Translations under genes and position numbers: made by a program
Notes under the pieces: model-generated
Database searches by the model: none
The model's input: the letters and a program-made list of their open reading frames with translations, nothing else
What the model was told of the DNA's origin: nothing
Shown: piece after piece, positions 54,676 to 64,000 of the stretch
Layout of the letters: every line of letters starts with the position of its first letter
Position numbering within the stretch: position 1 is the first letter of the stretch
Assembly (NCBI RefSeq): GCF_009914755.1
Contig: NC_060945.1
Source: the human T2T-CHM13v2.0 reference genome, Homo sapiens
DNA length: 64,000 nucleotides
Direction: 5' to 3' (one strand)

Positions 54676-56433
54676 CCCCCCACAGTGATGCTTGGGCACC
54701 TCAGGGAGCACCCCCCTCTCAGCCCTGCATCCCAGTCCCTCATCCCACCTCCTGCTCCTGGCTTTATTGTGCCTTGTTCCATCTCACGGCCTCACCCGCA
54801 CACCGCCATTTTGGTTGGGCTGTCTGCTTTGTCCCTGAACGCTACCTTCTAATCTTCCCTTGACTCCTCTCCTGCTCAGAGCCCAGGCTGCCTAAATCCC
54901 AGACCAGGGATCGGACTCTGAGGAGCCCCCATTTATTCAGTAAGGGAGTGTCTCTGTCCCCTTAATAAACTGTTATCCTGCTTCTTGACTCATGGAGGAA
55001 CAGCAAGTCCTGAAGAAAGATGCAGGAACAAGGGACCCAGAAACCCAGCCAGGTGGGCTTACGGCATCTGGGAAACTGTGTTTTGGAACAAGATTTGGGG
55101 CCTATTTGTGAGCACATTGTCCTAAAGGCATTTTTGAGCCCAGGATAGGTAAGGAAATGGAATTCTCTGCTGAGATCACTATTAATATCTTACACCACCT
55201 AGAAAAAAATGGTGTCTAAAATATCCAACCTGTCAGACAAGGAGCTTTGATTGAAGATGCAATCACACAGCCAAGCCAATGCCAGCTGACAAAAGGAGTT
55301 TCTGGGGTGGGAAATGGGTGGGATGTGTCCAGGGATTTAAAACCCAATCCTTGCAGGTTTAAACGAAGTATGATTTTTGACAGGAGGTTCTCAGTGGAGT
55401 CTTGTATTTTTCTACAATTTTTGATTAGGGCCTCATGGACTGGAATCTACCTATTCTCTGTCTGGAGTCATAGGGTGCTAGTGGGTAAGTGTGATGTTTT
55501 CATAGGTAGCAGTTCTATAAGGTCTCCTGTACAGTCATCTGTGGTATTTTCAAATGTTTACCTCTGCTCTATAAAGAATTTGGGTCACTTTTGACTATGT
55601 AAGACTTTGGTCTGAATTATTTAGACTACCACCCCTACTGCAGTAGTATTTTAGAATTCCTTCTACAACTTCAGTGGCTATGACATTTACTAATCTTGGC
55701 ATATGATTTCTGAGGAAGGGTTGCTTAAAATAAATACCTAGGCGCCCAGATACAGAATTTAGCTATGGTGAAATCTCAACTGTTCAGTGTCTCCTGAAAA
55801 TCAGTGATATCTTCTGGATGACCAAATTGACCAAACACTTGAAGGCTAAACTTATTCTTCCCCAGAACATTAAAATCTAAGTTTCACTTGTATCGTATTT
55901 TGTTTTTGCTGGAAGTGTGGGCTTTCTTTTAAAATAGCTGACATCAATCAATCAAACCAGTTTCTTAATAGTTTATCATGGTCCCCGGGCACTCCAGTTA
56001 TTTTGTCATGTTTCCTTGTGGCTCCGGTTGTATTAACAGATGCAAACTTGCATGTAGAAGGTGTGAGGGCACAGAGCATGTTGCACATCTGTATAGAGCT
56101 TGCTTTCATGGGAATCTGTTGATATTAATTTCAGATCATTTTTCTTCTCATCAAGATGAAGTGAGGCACACAAAGGCCACTTGGTTGAGGTCATTCCCCA
56201 GCCTCTCTGCAGACTTAGAGAATCAAGCCCTGAGTCCATCTTCCACGGAGTGTTTTTCTTACCTTCCTAAAAGAGACTCATCTTCTGATTAGCCCAGTTA
56301 CCTTTGGTATCTTGGACCCATCTATGGCTTGGATCTACTTTCCCATCTCTAGTTCTTTATGAAAGGTTCACGAGGATTTTTTTCTCCCTTCTACAGTAAT
56401 TTGTGCTAGGAGAGGGTACAGACTGACTCTAGA

Positions 56434-56668
56434 TCAGGGGTTCTCACTGGGGGTGATTTTATCCTCTTCCTTGGGGATATTGAGCAATGTCTGGAGACAT
56501 TTTGATTGTCATGATGAGGGGGTGAGGTGCTAACCCTAACCCTAACCCACCTAGGGAGTGAGTGGAGGTCCAGGATGCTGCTCAACATCCTACAATGCAC
56601 AAGACAGGCCCCCACAACAAAGCATTATCCAGTTCAAAGTGTCAAGAGAGTTGCACTTGAGAAACCTT
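56434..56668 (+). mobile_element. MER20
   Basis: CAGGGGTTCTCA...GCAATGTCTGGAGACATTTT...CATCCTACAATGCACAAGACAG. Confidence 0.9.
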
Positions 56669-57016
56669 ATTCTAAAGAAAATAACACTTTGGCAACATAA
56701 ACTGAGCTACAATCTCTTTCAACCTCTCTTTATCTGTGATAATTCAGAGTATTAACCTCTGTTAGCAATTGCATCTTAATATTAAAGTTCCTATAAAATG
56801 CCTCCCTGATGGATAAACCTTTTCATATAGTTTCTTCTCTAACACACGCTTCGTAAAGCATGATAATCCATAGGTTGAATCTAGTAAAGGCAGGAAGTGA
56901 AGGTAGGATGCCAGTTAAAATAAATACATGCAATGTTAACTCTGCAACTGGAAGGAGAACTCAGATACTGTCTTGCGCTGGTTGAGACAACTTTTTTCAG
57001 GTGTCAGGCTGGTATC

Positions 57017-57782
<766 letters not shown>

Positions 57783-58588
57783 AGTCAGTAGCCAGGATGT
57801 ATGAGGCACTTTACTTCCCCACACCACAGAAGTCCTTTTGTCCCTGTCAATCACGCACCGTCTGTCTCTGGCAGTGGCAATATTGTTGCTGAGTCAGATT
57901 GCTGGTGGCAGGGTTGTCATTTGCTTGTCTTCATCATGTATTTCAGCCTCCTGTGTCTTTTCCTCCTCTTTCTTCTTTATTTTCCCATCAATTCTCCTTG
58001 TCTGCCTGATTTTACCACCAGAAGCTAATCATGATGCACTTTCCTTTATGATAAAGATGCTCACCCCATTCACTGAGCATGGGATCCGACTCTTTGGATC
58101 TTCTTGGTGGTATTCATTTGCTGCCCATTGCCTGGGAGCACCTGGTAATTGCAGAAGATATTTTCCTCTAAGTGCTTAAATGCTGGCAGTCCTTAGGGGA
58201 ATCTGAGGCTTCCATAAAACTGGACTTCAGATGACAAAGCCATGCTACATTAATAGCTCTAGAGATCTGCAGTTGGGATGGCTTATCTTTCAGATGCCAT
58301 CATTTTGGCTTTTAATTTGTTTGCGAACAATATCCTTTGGGGAGCTGCATCCTTCAACGTCTGCCTGCATTATCACATGGGCTTCTTCCCTGTGTGTCTC
58401 CAGATCTCCCTCTCATAATTCATCGGATTTAGGGCTCACCCTAATTTAGTTTGACCTCATTTTGATTATATCTGCAAAAGCCATGTCTTTTACCTGAGGG
58501 TAACAGATAGTAAGAACTTGTGGGCATCACCTAAGAGCAGGGAGTGAAAAAACCAACTGAGGAAAGAAAAATGCAGGGCCCAAAAACC

Positions 58589-58890
<302 letters not shown>

Positions 58891-59439
58891 CAGGAAACCT
58901 TTTAATTAAACAATGTAGTCGAGGTCTGTGGGAAGAGGCAGAAGGGATAGGATTGTCCCCACCCTCTGTCAATGTTCAACAGCCTGAAACCCCCATCTTG
59001 TTGTAACCCTGATGTTGCTGTGTCACTGCTCAAGCAGAAATACAGAATGTCAATACCAGAGCAAAGATGGACTCTTGAGCTGTGTTCTATTGGTGGAACC
59101 AAGGGCTTTAGTTGGAGCTACGAAAGCAGCATAAGTATACAGAGGAGTCTAGACAGTAAGCCTGGGCAAGCCAGGCAATGACTGGCAGAAAGACAATTAT
59201 TATTCCTGCCGTGTGTGCAAGTGCGTGTTTGGAGGGGAAAGATGAGGTCTGATTGTCTTCAGGCTTTCCACCAGATTAGTGTTTCCCATGAAACCTGGAG
59301 GTTCATGGACGTGGTCTTTTGGGGGATGGTTCCCTGGGTCTTTTTTTGCCCTTGTAAAATATTGACAGGTAAGTTTTCAACAAGAATGCTGCTGTCGTCT
59401 ATCTTGTTTAAGATTGCCACCTTCCTCTGCCTCTGAAAT

Positions 59440-59600
59440 CTCCATACCACTTCTGTGCTTTATTTTCCTCCTAAACATAATCATTTTCAAATATACTATA
59501 TATCTACTCATGAATCTTGTTGATTACTTCCTTCTCCTTAGGACGTGAGCTCCACAAGGGCAGAGGGTCTTGTCTGTTCCATTCACTGCTGTGTCTTCCG
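59440..59600 (+). mobile_element. L2 3' fragment
   Basis: GTGAGCTCCACAAGGGCAGAGG...CATTCACTGCTGTGTC. Confidence 0.65.
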
Positions 59601-60759
59601 TAAATGAGACACATGGCCCCTGGGCCATCCTGGCTTCCTCATCCTTCAACCCTTCAACCTGCACATACTTGTTATTATGTGGGGTGTGATTTTACTAGAG
59701 GGAACCATTCGATGTTGCACATATAAGGGATTTGTAAAATGGGAATAGCAATAGTATTGAGCCGATGTGGCTGTCGTAAATGAGTACCTGTAAACAACAG
59801 CAACAACAACAAAAAAAACCCAGAAGCAGCCTGACCTAGAATGAGTGCTTGGCAGTGTCAGCCCACTCACCAAGACCCTCTGATGGTGCTTGCTCAAGCC
59901 CTGGTGCTCTGCTGCTGAAAGGAATCCATATGTTTGGGTTTCCACCAAGCTGAAATCTTAATTAGCATAATATGTAAAATCGTGTCAGTGTTCAGTTTTT
60001 GCTCCCTTCCCCCGCCCCCCGTTTATATTTCCTTAACTTTTGGTACTTGGTCATTGCTTCTCTGTTAGGGAAACTACTAATAGGAGGGAAAAAATGCTAA
60101 AAATCTTTCAGGGAAGGGGGAATGATCATGCTTAGTTCAACAACTTGCATTTTTAAAGATTTATGCATACATCTGGTTTTGTTTTCTTTAAAATTATCCT
60201 TGGCTTTATAAATGCCTATACTCAATCCAATTGAATATATCAATGTTTCCTGGTCTTCCATAATTGCATCATGACCCCAAACACTTAGTCCACTCACTAA
60301 TTTAATTGTTTATGTCTGGCCATCCAGGCAGACCCATGCCCTTGGTATGTGAGCATGCTTATGCATAAGGTTAGCACTAACAGGCGTTAGATGCTTTCAG
60401 CTTTGCTATATGTTGTAAAACTAATGATGATTTGCAGAAATGAGTAGGAATATACAATTACTTTATGGTCAAAAATTTGAAAAAATACTTGTTTTGGCTT
60501 TCACTGACACTATGTAATTGGAAAAAAAAGGTGATTTAAGAAGAAAATTGATTTACACAAATGTTTTATTAAGGCCTTTGATTTCCATGCAGAAGGGATA
60601 TTGATATATTACTTATTTTTTAATTGCCAAATCCTTAGTGAACATTAAATGACACAAAAAAGGATTGTGGCAAATTGGATCTGGAAACAAGAGTTGTTGC
60701 TCTTTTAAGACCAAAGGTTGACTGAGCCATAACTTGCCAAGGTGTTTGGAGCAAAGTAG

Positions 60760-61112
60760 ATGTTTATTCAATTATTTAACTCAATAAATAATTATGTGCT
60801 AGTTTTGTTCCTGGCATATTGTGTACACATGGCTGTTTGCCATCCAAGAGGGTATATAGTACATTTGGGAGTTATTATCATGTAGGTCGAGTTGGAAATG
60901 TAAAGCGAATGAACATGTCTTGGGAGATAATGTAGAATGAAGAGAAGACACCACTGTCTTTGGATGGGCAGACCAGCTCACAAAGAAGATGGAGGAAATG
61001 ATGGAAAATGACAACAGGAGAAAGTGTGGTCTTATAGACCAAGGGAAGAGGGAGTTCACAAAGGAAGAAACAGTCAGAAGCATCACATGCCACAGTGAGG
61101 GTCAAGTGAGAG
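60760..61112 (-). mobile_element. L2 fragments
   Basis: Purine-rich antisense L2 (CAGGAGAAAGTGTGGTCTTATAGACCAAGGGAAGAG). Confidence 0.5.
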
Positions 61113-61361
61113 TCAGTTGCTATATTGCTATATTTGTTGCTTTGGAATAAGGAGGGCTGAGTAAGCTATAATGAGTTATTTGGGCTGAAGATGCCAAACT
61201 TGAGGTCAGTGGTTGGAAAAAGGAATAAAACTCTGTGTCTCATCTGAGTGGCCAAATGTGCCTTTGCCATGGCAGCACCTCCTGCTCCCTCACCTCTCTG
61301 TTATGCAGCCAAAATATAATTAAGTGTATGATTGAGATATGCTCTTTTTTCCTTCTGAGCA

Positions 61362-61577
61362 CAGGATTTCTCAACCATGGCACAGTTGACATTCGAGACC
61401 CAATATTTCTTTGTGGTAGGGTATGCCCTGTGCATTGTAGGAGGTTTAGCTGCATCCCTAGTCTTTGGGGGCCAGGACCACCAAACTACTGCCCCAAAGT
61501 TGTGACATCCAAAAATTTCTTCCAGCAGTGCCAAATGTCCCCTGGGGGTCAAAACTGCCCCAGGCAAGAGTCATTGT
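61362..61577 (-). mobile_element. MER20
   Basis: TTTCTCAACCATGGCAC...GTGCATTGTAGGAGGTTTAGC...TGCCAAATGTCCCCTGGGGG. Confidence 0.88.
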
Positions 61578-62499
61578 TCTAGATATGTAGCCAGGGAGCT
61601 CAAGCTGCTTATTTTGAAATGCTCATCAGGATAGAGGTGCGGAACAAGCAGATTTTAGATGGAAACTGTCTCAGCCAGAAACCTGGCTAAGAAAAGGTGC
61701 GTATGGTGATGAAAACCAAATAACCAAGTAACTCAGACCTTAATTATTTAAGCAAAGTTTATCTCCCCTGAAGCAATGAAGGAATTGTCTCTAGAAGGTC
61801 AACACAAGACTGTAAAAGTCAATAATAAAAGATTGCTCCTAGTCACATACACACACCTTCATAAACTAAACATGAGGAAGCAAGATTGGCTAATGGTGAT
61901 GGCGGTTTGTTGTGGGCATGTGGTTAGCAGGACCCTCCACCTCTCTGACCATAACGCCCTTTGGTCTTCAGTAGTTGATGACAATACCAGCTCAGAGTCA
62001 TATAATTTGTTCTCTACCTCATCTCTGCCTTCCACAGAGCAAAAATTCAGGTGGTCCTAGTTTTAAAGGTAGAGTAATATTTTCCCCCTTTCTCCCTTTT
62101 GTTCTCCACTTGGTTTGTTTTTCTGCTTTCTAGAATCTGGAGGACATTCCTGGCCCTTAGCAGACTTATTTTCCCCTTTTCTTTTGCTTAATCTAATAAG
62201 GCAATAGCATGTACAAACCATCCAGCGAGAATTTTCCTCTCCTACAGAGTGTGCGGCTGTGACTCAGGATTTGGTGTGTGGTTCACTTAGCCAGTCAACA
62301 AACAATGGCTGCAACTCTGTTAGCACTGTGCTCTCACAGGTGAGACAGGTCCATGCTCTAGACAAAACAGTTGGCTGCCATTTTTCATTTGAACAAGTTT
62401 TGTTCAACTTGGGGGTAGAGATAATAAACAAGTCAAATGTAAATTTGAAAGACAAAATAAATACAAATTATAATCATTGGCAGAAAAAAAGTGAAGTCC

Positions 62500-62964
62500 T
62501 GTGATGGGTTTGAGATTATCCTAGATTATTTTAGTGGGTCCAATCTAAACACACAATCCCGTAAAGGTAGAGAATCATCTTTCCCAGCTGAATCAGAGAG
62601 ATGAGACAGAAGAAGAGATTCAAAGCGTGAGAGTAACTTGCCCCGCCCTTCATGGCTTTGAAGATGAAGGAAAGACGCTGTGAGCCACAGAATGTGGGTG
62701 ACCCCTGGACACTGGGAAATTATCTCAGCTGGCAGCCATTGAGGAAGTGAGATCTCAGTCCTACAGCTTCCAGAAGATGATTCTCCCACTAACCTGAATG
62801 AGCAAGGAAACGGACTTTGCTTTAGAGCCTTCAGAAGGGAGCACGGCACTGCCAATGCCTTGGCTTTAACCCAGTGAGACTCATGCCAGACTTATAACAC
62901 ATTTCTGTTGTTTAAGCTGCAAGTTTATGCCAATTTGTTACAGCAGCAACAGGAAACTAATACA
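62500..62964 (+). mobile_element. MLT1D/E LTR (5' partial)
   Basis: GGCTTTGAAGATGAAGG...GTTACAGCAGCAACAGGAAACTAATACA. Confidence 0.8.
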
Positions 62965-62969
62965 CTGGG

Positions 62970-64000
62970 CTTGGTGGCTGAGTGGATATGGAGGAGGGGG
63001 AGGACCACAGGGTGGACTCCTAGATCAGCCAGAGGGCAATGAGTCCACATACCAAGGTGAGAAAACTCAGGGAGAAATGGACTATGGAGGGTGGAAACCA
63101 GACTGACGTTTTGGTCATATTAAATTTGAAATGTCTATAAGACATTTAAGTGGAGGTACTAGCAGGCAATTGACTATGTAAGTCTAGGGTTCAGAAGAGG
63201 AGACTGAGCTAGTGATGACTTTCTGGACTAGAAGAATACAGATCCAAGGCAGGAGGATCACTTGAGCCCAGGAATTCAATACCAGCCTGGGCAACATGGT
63301 GAGACCCCATCTCTACCAAAATAATAATAATAATAATGAGAAGAAGAAGAAGAAGAAGAGGAAGAGGAAGAAGAAGGAAGAAGAAGAAGGAAGAAGAAGA
63401 AGCCGTGTATAGTGGTGTGCACTTGTAGTCCTCGTAATTAAATACCAGCCTGGGCAACATGGTGAGACCCCATCTCTACCAAAATAATAATAATAATAAT
63501 GAGAAGAAGAAGAAGAAGAGGAAGAGGAAGAAGAAGAAAGAAAAAGAAGGAAGAAGAAGAAGAAGCCGTGTATAGTGGTGTGCACTTGTAGTCCCCGTTC
63601 CTTAAGAGGTTGAGGTGGGAGGATCGCTTGAGTTCAGGAGTTTGAGGCTGCAGTGAGCTGTGATCGCACCACTGCACTCCTGGGTGACAGAGTGAGATTG
63701 TCCCTAAAAAAGAAAGAAAGAAGACAGGTGACAACATGCAACATGGAACTGAGTGGATGTAAGAAGTGAGTGTGGCTGGAGAAGCAAGACTAAGTCCAAA
63801 TCAAAGACACCACAGTATGTGAGGTTGGGTGGGAAAGGAGGAGGACATGGCAAAGGTGTCAGATAAGGACCCCCAGTAGGGCAAGGAGAAAACCATGAGA
63901 GCACAGCATCAGAAGGGCCAGGAGCCAGGCATGGGCTGCAACGGAGGATGTGGGCAGCTGAGAGGACTAGTGGAAGAATGACAGACAGGTGCCACGAATT
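62970..64000 (-). mobile_element. L2 interrupted by AluJ
   Basis: TTTTGGTCATATTAAATTTGAAATGTCTATAAGACATTTAAGTGGAG. Confidence 0.6.
63244..63720 (+). mobile_element. AluJ with internal 154-bp tandem duplication and (AAT)n(GAA)n linker
   Basis: Copies at 63278-63431 and 63441-63594. Confidence 0.92.

Overview
This is primate, almost certainly human, genomic DNA. It carries AluY/S/J, L1PA, THE1/MST/MLT MaLR LTRs, MER5/MER20, MIR and L2. It is repeat-rich and CpG-poor, consistent with intronic or intergenic sequence. I recognise no protein-coding gene. The long ORFs arise from Alus, a THE1 internal region or simple repeats. Main features: about 18 Alus, a full-length THE1 element with both LTRs (6167-8434), many solo LTRs, a fragmented hAT/Charlie transposase fossil (~28.4-30.8 kb), and large (TCTATC)n and (GGT/GAT)n tracts. 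The most unusual signal is a set of locally templated DNA-repair scars. The best example, at ~21.1-21.5 kb, combines an inverted 124-bp copy from 2 kb upstream, a direct 85-bp copy from 0.6 kb downstream, and several snap-back hairpins. Further short local duplications lie at 30.0/31.4 kb, 36.5/37.5 kb, 57.6/58.3 kb and 63.3/63.4 kb. Also notable: a TSD-flanked polyadenylated insert built from old L1 scraps, a telomeric repeat inside a MER20, and a few candidate micro-exons. Repeat subfamily calls are from memory of consensus sequences, identities were counted by hand, and boundaries of old repeats are approximate.
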